Part shown: positions 1 through 12,930 of the stretch, piece after piece
Layout: every line of letters begins with the position of its first letter
How positions within the stretch are numbered: the first letter of the stretch is position 1
Assembly (NCBI RefSeq): GCF_036321535.1
Contig: NC_087436.1
Span: 40,736,001-40,800,000, forward strand
Reading direction: 5' to 3'
DNA length: 64,000 nucleotides
Source: Camelus dromedarius
Taxonomy: Eukaryota
The notes under the pieces: generated by a model
Told to the model about the DNA's origin: nothing
Databases searched by the model: none
The model's input: the letters and a program-made list of their open reading frames with translations, nothing else
Made by a program: the position numbers and the translations under genes

Positions 1-1528
1 AATATTATACGATGGTTTCTAAAGTTGTTTCTTAAAATTCAGTTCAGACAGGATCCACGTGCCAGCTACTCTGTGATAGAAACTGATGCACTAACTGTTA
101 ACTTATTCAGAGAAACAGAGACATTGTTTCAGTAATTGAACTCAAGTACATTTAGTCTCATACCAAAGCGAGTAATGGTTTAGATGTGGATTGTTTCAGT
201 GTCATACAGAGATTATGCAACTCCAGGTGAAAAATAGTGAAGGACTGAGTTGATCAGTTCAAACTTCAACATTCCTGTCAAATAGCTTGAGTTTTATACA
301 CAATTCTATTTGTAGAAATCTGACCCTAAATATTTCAGGTTAAAAAAAATAGAAGCATTGGGTTTATAAAAATTAAGAAAGTGGGTTTAAGAGGGAGGAA
401 AGATAAGGGAGTCTAATTTCTGAACTTCACTACAATTTCATACAAGTAAGAAATAGAGAAATATGAATGTTAACATTTTAAATATAGGAAAAGTGGTTGT
501 CATTTAATTATAAAAGAATTTTAATAAATCTAAATCTTTTACGAAAATTGACAGGAGTTAAGTTTAAAGATAAAGTTTTATATTTCTCCCAAGTAAACTG
601 ATTTTACATTTTCATGTTCTTTAGAAAACTTTTATCATAAGTAACAAAATTTAAAGTTAATTTTAAATTGCTTTTTTGTGCTTTCCTGGTTCACTGAAAT
701 GACCTTTCTACCCAAAGAAATTTAATTACATATCCACCTGAATAACTTAATTAGAGCATAGAATTTTGGGTTACTCAGAGTATAATAGTGTCTAAAAGAG
801 GATGTGCTCAGATCTAGAATAGCTGAAATAGTCATTGAAACCAGTGACCAAAAGAATTAAAGAAGAATCAACTCAGCTGAGCAGAGCTTCACTCAAGGAG
901 GAAGGCTCTCTAATCTGAATGTATTTAGTCTTATACAGCAAAGCAATGTCTGGAAAGTTTTACCTACAATTTTTTTTTCAAATTTTGTGTTTTTTCCATT
1001 TTTAATATGGTTTGGTGAAAGAAGAGCCCAGTAGGCATGAAACAGGAAACAGTCCCAATTATTAATTATTATTTTTTTTTTACCGTATATTAGAAATGGG
1101 TGCATGTTTACATGAATTTGTAAGGAAACCATTAACTAGCTATGCATAAATCCATGTTAATAAGACGTTGTAAATGAAAAAGAATACTTATAATTAGCAC
1201 ATATGCTGTAGAAGGCAGCTTTTGCAACTACTATAAACTGCTGGTATAGTTCTGAAGTCATCCTAAAATCTAAAAAGCATGAAAAGTGCTATATATATAT
1301 ATAATGAGAGAATCCATCTGTTGCTAGGATTTCTTTTCATCTACCACTGATGGCATTTTCATTTGAACTTACTATGTTAAAATGGGTGATTAGACTTCAC
1401 TGTTATTTTCATGAGAACAGTTATTTAATAGAAAACCTTAAACTATATGAATTATGGTAATTCCTGTTTTTTGACTCCAAAAACACTTTCCTGGCTGACT
1501 TGAACTTTCACATACTTTCAAGTAGTCG

Positions 1529-2138
1529 TGTTAGGCAGTTAGATAGAAATGAGCACCGGGCAGGGGGAGAGGATGGGAACAGGAGCAATCCAGAAAATAA
1601 CAGCACACCTGCACGCAGGATAAGGGGCTCCAAAAACATTTACTTTCTCTAAATGAGGGCCAGCAAAGAAGCTGGCTAGGATCGAAACGATGCGGCTGCG
1701 GAATAGACAGAAGGACCTGGCTTAACCTGACTCAGTGCTCATTGTAATGTAATTAACATTACAGTTTGAGCCCCTCCCGTGGGTTTCTCTGCGTGCTCCA
1801 TGGGTAAGAACATACTCAACAGAGATGGGCGTGCCTGAGCACAAGGAACCTGAGCTGTCAATCAGCCTGAGCACTCGAAGAACCTGAGCCGTGAATCAAT
1901 CAATTACAAAAACGCCCCCAAAGCCAGGGTATAAAAACAGGAAAAACAAAGGAGCAGCGCCATTTTCCCTCTCCTGGGTTGGCCCGCTGCCAATTCTCAG
2001 GAGTCTACTATATTTTACTACCTTTTTACTTTACTAATAAAATCTTGTTTACATCATATTTTCTGTCTCTTCTGAAAAAAATTTTTTTTCAGGTGACTAT
2101 GAACCAAGGTAACTCTTATTTCCCTCTTCCCAGTAATA
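1529..2138 (+). mobile_element. ERV solo LTR (family not assigned)
   Basis: Starts TGTTA and ends TAATA (near-inverted termini). GC/CpG-richer than its flanks. TATA-like GGGTATAAAA at ~1927-1936, AATAAA at ~2036, tandem ~32-bp U3 repeats at 1833-1898. Confidence 0.75.
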
Positions 2139-2415
2139 CTCCTTGTATTAAAATGACTTTGACTTCTACATTCTCTTTTGATTTCCTAAGCCAAAAGTAG
2201 GCTAAACAACTAACCAGTTCAGCAGGAAACTTAAATTCAATAGACATAAAAGCGAAAAATCATTATGACCTCTAACAAACTTCATTATGATCCAGACCCC
2301 CCCCCCTTTTTTTTTTTTTATAATAAAAGAGAATCAATACCTAGTAACCTACAGTAGAAACCTGGAAGTCTTACTCCATTAAACTCCTTTCAACATTATT
2401 GTACCCGGGCCGCGC

Positions 2416-2811
2416 TGTAAAAACAGGAGGAACCTTCACCCAAAACCTGGTTTGAATGTGCCAAGAGAGAGTATCAACGCACACACACCAAGAAGTCAGG
2501 AAAAGAGTTGTGACTTACGTAACTGAGATCTCTGGGATGAGCAGAACAGCCTCAAGCAGGTCCGGGGTGGCTGGAGAGAACCAGGAAAGCAGACTGGGTT
2601 GGGGCTTTTATTGTGGTTAGAGGGCGGGCCCGAGTGACGACTCCCGTAGGGAGGCAGGCGATTGGGTGTTCTGACTCCTGCAGGTACTAGAGGGGGAACA
2701 CCTGGGCTTCCGTACAATATTGGCCTGGTGAGAGACACAAGAAGAGGCAGGTGTGAGGCATAAAAGCTACTTGCAGTCAAATATCGAAAGAGAGCTTAAC
2801 TCTTTATGACA
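2416..2811 (-). mobile_element. ERVL-class solo LTR (MER74/MER54-like)
   Basis: Minus strand begins TGTCATAAAGAGT and ends TTTACA. Internal AACCACAATAAAAGCCCC and GGACCTGCTTGAGG resemble the remembered MER74/MER54-type consensus. Confidence 0.6.
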
Positions 2812-4883
2812 AACCTCACCCACACAGCCATGTTCATCCAATTACCGCACGCATTTTTCTCATTTTTTTCTTTTTCTTTTTTTTTTAGTTTTAAGTTATC
2901 CTCTTTATCTGAGTAAATGTGACAGATTTCTGACTCATCTGATTAACCTTGTACTCAAATTCTATCCTTCACACATAGAATTTCTACAACAAAGAATTAT
3001 ACGTTTTTCCCCAAAGCATTACCTCCTCCAAAAAACTTTTGACCTTAAAGGATATCTTTACTTTTGCTTACGCAGTTTTATCAACCTGTTTACTTTTCTT
3101 CTATCATCTCTTTCTCCATCCACCAATCTACCTCCAGCAATACGCCCTTTAAATGGGAGCCATGTCTACTAATTACTGTATCATGTTAATCACCTGTGTC
3201 TGGCATCTGGCATGGCAGTAACTGCTGAACACGTGAACATTTGGGGCTCAGGACCATGAAGATTGCAGCCATCATTAGAGGCTCCCTGTCCATGGAATCA
3301 GATTTCTTTGATACAATCTGAGATTTAGAATTACATCAAATAATTAGAATTATTTCAATTAAGAATGAGATCAAAGCTCAAATAACTCAAAACATATCTT
3401 TTTAGTCTTTATGTAATTTAGAAAATACATTTCTACTTAATGATCAGCAAGTCATAAAGTAAATTATACTTATTCAATTATTCTTCAATGTGTTTGGTAG
3501 GCTTTTGCCACTGCATACTCTTAGGAAAGGGCTTCACCTCAACAGTACAAAGACACTGTCTACTTTGAATAAAACTGCACTTGCATAAAAATTCACTAAT
3601 GGCCAAAAAGCCATATTCTAAAATTTTAGTAAATAATAGCATGTGAACACAAATTTTTAAAGTTTTTAACATAATATTTTGGAATGGAAATATTGGACGG
3701 AAAAATTATGCATATTCAGTATTTTTTACAACATGCAATGAATTTGAACCCTTAATTTGGCTGCAAATAATGAATTTCAGAAATAACTAAACATAAACTT
3801 GAATATAACTTTATTATTTCAATTATGTTAAAGGGGAGAGACTAAAATATTGCAGAACATATGGAGTGTTTTTTTTTTTTTTTAGTTATTGCATACTCAC
3901 TTGGTAGCATTTAGGGTATTCTTAACTTATTTAACAAGGGAATTCATATCACTAACATGTGGGAGCTATTTAATACCTAGAGAAAAAAATGTATCTTTAT
4001 TTAGCTAGATGTAACTTTGCTTTCCAGTATGATCCAGATAGATACTCTCCAAAACTGACAAAGCTGTACACCGTAAAGATTAGGAATCAAATACCTATTT
4101 CAGTATATAACGTAAAAGAGATAAGATCATCCCCGTAATTTGATTGAAAACTAAAATAATTGTAGGTCACTTTTATTTATATCTTACTACTAATAAACTA
4201 TGAGTCATTATGCAACACAATAAATTAAAAATATTTAACAGCTTCAAATAATTATCCTTCTGTATTTACACACAGCAGTTTTACAGTGAGAAATACAATG
4301 TAATTTAAACACAGTACAATGGTTCATATGTGTATGAAGACCCAGAGTGTTTCATAAATTTGGAAAGTTTAACTTAAATCTTCATGTTTATAGTTGTACA
4401 AATGCATTTTTGTGTGCCTGTCTCTCCCTACTAAGCTAGCTTTCAGAGTTTTTAAAAAATGTAACAAAAATAAATAGCATACTCAGCTTTCAAAATATTT
4501 AAATTTGCCATATATATGAATTTTAATTCATAAGAAACTAATTATTATGAAATATTGATATCTTGATTTCATAGTTAAGTTGATTAGACTCAACATGCTT
4601 CAATGGTAGATAGTTTTTTCAAAGGCATTTTAAAAAATGGTGTCAACTTGTAACTGTGAATCCACATAAAGAACAATGTTGAGATCATGACAGATTGTAT
4701 GTTTGATACTGCCTTCATTTTTCATAATTCAGAGAAGGGTATGACATACTTGTTTGATGTGAGGCAGAGAAATAAAATGAAATTTGTAATTCTGAGGTAA
4801 TAGACACCTACCTTAATATCATTGGTCATCATTACTGCTTCCATCTTTCCTCCAATCATCAGTATCCACAACAATGGACTTAC

Positions 4884-4907
4884 CTAAAGACATTGACACC
4901 TTTCTCC
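4884..4907 (-). other. Candidate 24-nt microexon / splice-site cluster of the minus-strand host gene
   Basis: Minus strand reads TCTCCTCCCTCTCAG|GGAGAAAGGTGTCAATGTCTTTAG|GTAAGT: a pyrimidine-rich acceptor and a consensus donor 24 nt apart. A second donor AAG|GTAGGT lies at 4812/4811. Confidence 0.3.
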
Positions 4908-5559
4908 CTGAGAGGGAGGAGATATATGTATGAAGATGTGTATTTCCAACCAAAATTAAGTTGCTGCCCAAAAAGTTTACCAAATGCAGTCTATGCAACT
5001 TATTTCTCCAAGCTAATGGTGACCATGGAAACACTGGTCCCATATAGGCCCATCATAGGTCACTGTTACAGACCCAGATTCAGTCATACAGTATTTAGGT
5101 AGTTTAATACTCAATATACAGCTTAAAATCTTAACTTAGGGTTATATTTTTGAGTGAGTTGTTTTATTAGTAAGACTCAGCTTCTATGTGTATATTTCAT
5201 TCAAACCCAGTCAGACTGTTTGTATCCTAGCAAGAAATTTTATTCTTTACCATTCCTACTAACATCCATTAAACCTTTCAAAAAGACCTCAAAAAATTAA
5301 ATTCCCTGGAAAGTCTAGGTCTGAGATAAATGCAGGTCTAACTTCTGATAATATATGTTTATGGTTAGTGGTCTGTTTTTGTCCTGAAGTAAAATGATCA
5401 GTCACTGAATTTTATTCACGTTTCTTGCACATCTACATGTGTTAGTGGAGATCCATTCAGCCCAAGCATTTCTAAAGAGCTGATATGGATTCCTCTCACC
5501 TTCATAATAGGGGATTTTTTTTTTTTAATTGAAGAAAAATCTCTCCTCTGGTGTCTCTT

Positions 5560-6660
5560 TTTCTTATCTGATTGCGGTGGCCAGGACTTCCAATACTATG
5601 TTGAATAAAAGGGGCAATAGTGGGTATCCTTGTCTTACTCCTGATCTTAGAGGAAAAGCTTTTCACCACTGAGTATTACGTTTTCTCTGGGCTTGTCATA
5701 AATGGCCTTTATTATGTTGAGGTATGTTGCCTCTATACCCGCTTTGTTGATAGTTTTATCATAAATCGATGTTAAATTCTGTCAAATGCTTTGCTGCATC
5801 TATTGAAATGATCATATGATTTCTGTTTACCACAGTATTTGATTTGTGGATGTTGAGTTATCCTTACATCCCTAGAATAAATCCCTCTTGATCATGGTAT
5901 ACGATCCTTTAACATGGTGTTGAATTCAGTTTGATAATATTTTGTTGAGAATTTTGCCTTTATATTCATCAGGGTTATTGGCCTGTATTTTTCTTCTCTC
6001 ATAGAGTTTTTATCTGGTTTTAGTATCAGAGTAATGCTGGCCTCCTGGAATACAGTGTGGAAGCGTTTTTTCCACTTCAACTTTTAGAATAGTTTAAGAA
6101 GGACAGGTTTTAACTCTTTAAATGTTAGAATTTCCCTGTGAAGCTGTCTGCTCCTGGAATTTTGTTTATAGGGATAATTTTGATTAATAATTCAATTTCA
6201 TTACTAGTGATTGTTCTGGTCAGATTTTTTTTATTTGTTGCTGATTCAGTATTGGAAGATTGTATCTATCTAGGAATTTATCCACTTCCTCTAGGATGTC
6301 CAGTTTTTTTGCATATAATTGTTTGTAGTAATCTCATATGATCCTTTGTATTTTTGTAGCTTCAGTTGCAACATTCCCTCTTTGATTTCTGATTTTATTT
6401 AATTGGGCCCTCTTTTTTTTCTTGATGAGTCTGGGCAAAAGGTTTATCAATTTTGTGTTTCTTTTCAAAGAACCAGCTCCTAGTTTCATTGATCTTTTCT
6501 ATTACTATTTTTTTGCCTGTATTTCATTTACTTCTACTATGATCTTTGTTATTTCCTTGCTTCTACTAACCATGAGCTTTTGTTTTCCTTTATGTCTAAG
6601 TTTAGAGTTTTAAGATTTTTGTTTGTTTGCTGAAGTAGGCCTCAATGGTTATAAACTTTT
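5560..6660 (-). mobile_element. L1 ORF2 fragment (degraded)
   Basis: Minus-strand ORF 5892-6080 gives EASITLILKPDK...EKYRPITLMNI, the L1 ORF2 Z/RT-start motif. Frameshifted. Confidence 0.9.
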
Positions 6661-9227
6661 TTAGATGTTTATAATATAACCCTGTCCCATGCTCAGCATT
6701 AAACTTGAGTGTTTAAAAGTCTGAGACTTGAATTTTTACTAAGGCATATCAAAGTTTAAACAGAAATTGTGGTTTCTTATTCTGATTAGGTATTGTGTGT
6801 GAGTATGATACTATTTAGAATACATTTTATTGTCTTTTCAGGAGTTCTACTTTAATAACTGCAGACTGGCACAGTAAATGTTCCAGTTTAAAAACACCAC
6901 TTGCAGTTTGTTTGGAAGGGGTACAGTAAATTTTAAAACTCTTTTTAAACTTTTGCTCATAGATGCATGAGTGTATTAATAGTATTTCTTAACATTTATC
7001 ATTTAAAATTTTAATTTATCAAAAAAAAATTATACATCTTACATTTTGTTGAGTGCAGAAAGCCATACTTTAGGAAAGCAAACAGTAGTACCCTGCTGAG
7101 AATATTTGATGACATCATTAAATTTCTTTCATTTGCCCTTCAATTTACCACTAGATGAAAAGAGTTAGTATTATTATAGGTATTAAAACTCCAAGATTCT
7201 AGGAGATAAGTAGGTTACACTGCAACAAAATTTTTCACAGGCATTAGTCTCACAGTCATGCTTCCAGAGTTTTAAAAAATGTATCAGTGAATGTAAAGGG
7301 ACCTAGGATGACGAGTTTGATTATTTTGCTTTGAAAGGTTTATTCCTTTAATCCTGAAACTGCTTTCCAATATTTAAAAAAAATTAGGTGAATTTTGTTA
7401 GTAATTTTTTAGCTACTCCCAGTCATACTGAATAATTATCTAGGGTTAATTAGGTTATGAGTGCCTGATTATTTTGCTTTTCCATTGGGCAGCCTAAAAT
7501 GTATACAATTAACTTCTGACTTTGAATCACAAGTGAAAAAAGACTAACACTGGCCAAGAAGAGCTTAATGCAGAAGATGGAGAGCAGAGATACAAACAGT
7601 CCCTTACAATTTCAATCCAAGTATCTACTGAATTAGAAAAACCCTCAAAATAGAACACATAAATAAATCAAATTTTTAATTTTCTATTGATTATATGATT
7701 ACATTTACTCATGCATATAAAGGCATTTAGTTAAGCAACTAATAAAGTAGACTGTAAAGTCTTTAAGTATTCATGTTTTGAAAATAAATGTCATTTGTCC
7801 TGGATGCTTCAATTATTTTCTCAAAACTTCAGGCATTTTATTTATGTGTATTTCAATTAGGTCTCAAGCCATTTTATTAAATCAAACTTTCATGTTTGAT
7901 TTACAATGTATGAATATTTAAGTGAAAAATATTATGCTGAAAACTGACTTTAAAATAACTTTAACAGACGTAACTTGTCACCCAATGGTATGTGGAAATC
8001 CCAACAGGAATTTGATTGCAACTTAAAATCTAGAAGGTTGATTGGATTTTATAATTGGTGTTGCATGAACGGAAGTAAAATGATTATGCAGTGTGGTTTA
8101 AAGGAAGTCTAAAGTGAAATAAGGGTTAATATTCTTTGCATTTTCTTTTTAAAAGTTTCAAAATTAATATTTCATTGGTATATCATGTATTATTAGAAGC
8201 AAACCATTTCTTGAACACAGCAAAAACTCAGTTTTGAACAGCTTCATTATTCTGCCTAGAAATTAAAACTGCTTTCCTGTGTGTTAAAACTACATCAAGT
8301 TATTAGGAAGACATATTGTATTTCAGAACCTAGAAAACTTTAATAAAATTGAAATTTTTTTAACACATGAAAAGGTGTGCATTTGGATAAAAATGTTACA
8401 TTTTGCAATAACAAGTCTTGATTTCCTTTTTTATGTTATGTTTGAATACTGAATTAGACAATGAGAGAGTAACAATGTAATCTGCTCACGATTTTATAAT
8501 ATTGAAGACGTACATGCTAAGATCTGAATTTTAATGCTTACCTAAAAGGCTAATGATCCAGAATTTTGCTCAATTGTTGACTGATGCACTTATATGACTT
8601 CTGAGAATTACAACAGATCAGTGAAAAATCCTCTTCAATATTCAGCAATGATGGAATGGATCAATGATGAGAAACCATGTACGAATGTAAGAATCAGAGA
8701 AGGTTAATTAAAATGATCAATCTCAAATAATTTTACTTACATGATTATCATCTATCATCCATCTCTGTTACATACACTTAAAAAAATAAAGTCTATCATA
8801 CTGCATTTTTAAAAATCTTGAGAGTTAATTATAATCCAAAAATATCTATTTAAATGGAAAGTTTATATGTAAAAAATTGTGATATTCTTTGCAATGGTTT
8901 AAAGACTAAATCTGTTTTAAACAGGCTAATATAAGCACCCTCTGGCATCAGATCAGCCTTGCGATAATTGCTTCATCATGTGGAATTAGCTAGATGTCAT
9001 AAAATATATTGTGTCCACTGACCCAGAACATTTTATATTTTGTATGCTTGTTAGAATGTGCTTGTTACAACTGTGGTTTTAAAGGGAAGAGAATTATTTT
9101 TGCCAATTATACATCAGCTATAATATAAGCAACTCTAAGATAGATAAAGGCTGTTTACAACTCTGATGAACTTCACTTCATGTCTGGATGACTGGCATAT
9201 GTCAATGGTGAGACTGTTTTCTGGAAC

Positions 9228-9269
9228 GTGTGTGTGTGTGTGTGTGTGTGGTTTGTGTGTGTGTGTGTG
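9228..9269 (+). repeat. (GT)n microsatellite, interrupted
   Basis: Direct read of the tandem GT run. Confidence 0.95.
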
Positions 9270-10269
9270 ACAAGATGTAAAAATATGTCAGTTATAAATT
9301 TACTAGGGGGAATATATTTGAGACTGGAAGAAAAAACATTGTTATAAAATACATGTAAAAAATATAAAATGAATATATATTTGAATCTTTAAGAATGAGA
9401 CATTTGGTATCACTAAAAATTTTATTTGTAGGAAAGTTTTTGGGCTAGACTTGGACTAGAGTCAAATAATTTCAAATGCAATAATGTAAGTATCCTTTAA
9501 GTTATTATAATTTAAATTATGTTAATATCATTTCCAAAAATAAAATAATAAGACATATATAGAATGTGAATAATATTCAAAATATAATGTTTTATATCAT
9601 AAATATTGCATGGCTTGCTTTAAATAATTTTAATTAATTTGAATTTCTAAGAACCATGAATTTTAAAAACAAATGCTAAATGTAAAGCAAAAAGCATGCA
9701 TTAGATGAGATTATTTTGGTTTCATGTCATTTTTTTTCCCGTTATTAATCTCATATTAAATTTCCTCAACTTCCATCAGAAAGTTATTAATAATTGTTAT
9801 TTTGATACTATATTTGGTGAAAAATTATCCCTTTACAGGCCGTTAGTCTGCCAATTTTTAGAGAGACTGAGTGCCAACAATAGTTAAATGAATATGTGGT
9901 TCATTTTTGCATATAATGAAAATCTATCTATCCATACTGATAATCTCCTGTATAATTTCTCACTTCACCACTTATGTTGTTATGAAGGATTAAGTATTAG
10001 AAAGAATATTTCAAAATATTTTCTGATTTCCATAATATACAGAATCTCCAAAATTACTCAGAATAACAAAAATCCTACCAAAACTCATTGCTGATTTAAC
10101 TGAAACTTACAATCTTCTTGTTTTGAAAGTTAAGTAATAAATGTTATATCATATCTGAAACACAAAATTCAGAAAAAAACTTTCATTTTCATCTTATTAT
10201 TTTCAAATAATCTTCACAGCTTTTTCCTTATACACCCATGCTGTAGATAACTAAGAAATTATAAAGAAG

Positions 10270-10690
10270 AGGAGAAGGAGATCATGCCATTTGCAACAAC
10301 ATGGATGAACTTTGAGAGATAAGTCAGAGAAACACAAATACTGTATAATAAGTCAAACTCATAAAAACAGAGAGTAGAGTGGTGGTTAGCAGAGGCCGTG
10401 GGGTACAAGGACTGTAGGGAACTGGGGTGATGTTGGTCAAAAGGTACAAACCTGCAGTTAGAAGATGAAGAAGTTCCGGAGATCAATGCACAGCACGGGG
10501 ATTCAACAATTCTGTAGTATATACTGCAAAGTTCTTAAGAGACTGCATCGTAAATGTTCTCATCACAAAACAAAATAGTAAGTATGTGACATGATGGAGG
10601 TGTTAGCTAATGCTTCAGCTGCAATCATGCTGTAATATATAAATGCATCAAATGAACACTTTGTGCACCTTAAATTTACTTACTCAATTA
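10270..10690 (+). mobile_element. L1 3' end (L1MA-like)
   Basis: ATCATGCCATTTGCAACAACATGGATGAAC ... GGTACAAACCTGCAGTTAGAAGATGAA is typical L1 ORF2-end/3'UTR sequence. Confidence 0.85.
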
Positions 10691-10771
10691 TTCAGTGTAG
10701 AAATGTAAAATGCATCACTGCACTTAACTTTTTAGGGTAGAAAGAAAATCCAAGATTCAACATATTTGGTC

Positions 10772-11144
10772 TGTATTTAGTTTGCTAGAGCTGCTACAAC
10801 AAAATTCCACAGAGGAGGTGGCTTAAAGAGCAGAAATTCATTGTCTCACAATTCTGGAGTCTCAAAGTCAGACTGAGGTGCTGGCAGAGTAGGTTTCTTC
10901 TGAGGACTCTCCCCTTAGCTTGCAGATGACTATCATCAGTCTTCATATGGTCTTCCCTTTGTGTCCGTCTCAATCTCTTCTCACAAGAACATCAATCACA
11001 TTGAATTAGGTCTCACCCATATGATTTCATTTTACCTTAATTACCCCTTTAAAGGCCCTGTTCTAAATTCAGTCACATTCTGAGGTACTGGAGGTGAGGT
11101 CTTCAACATATGAATTCTGGGGGGACACAGCTCAGTACATCACA
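10772..11144 (-). mobile_element. MaLR LTR (MLT1A/B-like)
   Basis: TGTATTTAGTTTGCTAGAGCTGC ... CTCACAATTCTGGAG ... CATATGAATTCTGGGGGGACACAGCTCAG matches the reverse complement of MLT1. Confidence 0.85.
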
Positions 11145-11959
11145 AGTGCAGAGGAAGACTTAAACTTTTTCTTAGTACTGAGTCCCAATCCTTTGCAGAA
11201 CGGAAACTTAAGAGTAAAGACATTTAGAAATAACAGCTTACATTCTTAAAAACACTTACATACAAATGCATATATATTAAATGCATAATTTGAAATAAGA
11301 ATAAGTGTTTCCATAATAGAAGATTATTGAATAAATATAAATTATGTATCTGTGTGTATTTTTTGTGATCTGTATGTACTAAGGATAAATTAGCATGTTA
11401 CTGTTTTGAAGTGTTAACTAATAAAATGGATTTGTAAACTTATATAAACATTTTCTAGCTTGTGTTGCCAAACTTAATAAAAAGTTTTCCAGATTCAACT
11501 TCAGTAGCCACTGGCAAAAGAAAAAAAAAACAAGAGTAGAAACTTCAATAAAGTAAGTCTCTTATGTCAAAAAAATAGCACAGAAAATGGAAATAGATGA
11601 GTTTTAAGAATGAAATAAGGGAAAGCTGTGTTACCTATGGCCAGCCAGCTTAATGAATTCTTCTTTGATAAAGCACTGCCCTGGAAAACCACGACAGCAG
11701 AATCTATCCTACAGTATACTAAAGCCTGATATTAGTTAATTCTAGCCAGGTTGAATCAATATGCCTATGTAAAGTGAAATTAGATTATGCTGCAAGAAAT
11801 ACTCAGATAATACTAAGGATTACATGCAAAACCAATACCCTGAAACTAAAAAAGCATTTTTGAGAACAGTTAACAGAAAACTATCTAAGTGGATGGATAG
11901 ACCATATTCTTGTTATTGAAAAAGTATGAAAAGGCAAACTATAGAGAGACAATATTTTA

Positions 11960-12930
11960 AAAACATAAATATCAAAAAAGGGTCTATATATGGGAGATAA
12001 ATATATACACACACACATAAAACTGAAATTAAAAAATGAGTAAGAATTGGCAGGCTCTTTCTGAAGTATCCCCAAATGGCAAGTAAATATGTGGAGATAT
12101 GTTCTAATTCATTAATAATCATGGAAATACAAATTCAAACCTCAACTCAGCATCACTACAGCCCATCAGAGTGGTTAAATGAAAAACATAGACAATACTA
12201 CATGTTGATGAGAATGTGGTAAAGACAGAATTCTTACACACAGCTGATGTAAGGGCAAGCTGACTTGTACCCTTTAGAAAACTATTTAGCTATTTACTAT
12301 AGTTAACCAGGACCAAACATCTGCACACCCACTGGTACACTATTTCCACTTCAAGGTGGAAATACAGTCATATGTGCACCAAAACACACGTCGAAGATAT
12401 TCACAGTAGCACTCACTAATTTTAATGGCCAAAAACATGTAGAAATAAAATCAAATATCCATTGACAGTATTTAGATAAGTGTAATTGAGGTATATTCAT
12501 ACAACTTAATAATGTACAGAAATTAAAATGAGCCAATTAGTGGGAAGGGTATAGCTCAGGGGAGGAGTACGTGCGTAGCACACATGAGGTTCTGGGTTCA
12601 GTCCCCAGTACCTCCGCTGAAACAAACAAACAAGCCTAATTACCTCTCCCCCCAAAATTTTTTTTTAAAAATGAGGAAATTATATCCATACACAACAAAG
12701 TGGACAGGTATCAAAAACAGCACAAGCAAGAAGCTAGTCATAAAAGAATACAGATGAGATGATTCTTTCTTTCAAAACTTAAATAACAAGTAAAATTCTT
12801 AGGAGTCAAGATAGGAGTTATACTTGGAACAGGGGCCTGGAAGGAGGACTACAAGGGGACTTCGAGGGTGTGTTTATGTCCTATCTTTTAATCTGTGTGT
12901 TGGCTTTATGGATTTATTCAATATGGAAAA
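11960..12930 (+). mobile_element. Old L1 (L1ME-like) ORF2-end/3'UTR, interrupted by a SINE
   Basis: ATGGAAATACAAATTCAAACC, ATGTTGATGAGAATGTGG and CAAATATCCATTGACAGTA are diverged L1 3' motifs. Confidence 0.75.
12540..12666 (+). mobile_element. tRNA-derived SINE, Vic-1-like (camelid)
   Basis: tRNA-like head GGGTATAGCTCAG...GAGGTTCTGGGTTCAGTCCCCAGTACCTCC (Pol III A/B boxes), then an A-rich linker and CCTAATTACCTCTCCCCCC. Flanked by a ~15-bp TSD AAAATGAGCCAATTA / AAAATGAGGAAATTA. Confidence 0.85.

Noticed and set aside
8645..8700. C/D snoRNA-like ATGATGA motif
   Set aside because: No matching terminal CTGA box D or closing stem.
12542..12615. Possible tRNA gene
   Set aside because: Degenerate cloverleaf followed by a SINE tail and flanked by a TSD; it is a SINE.
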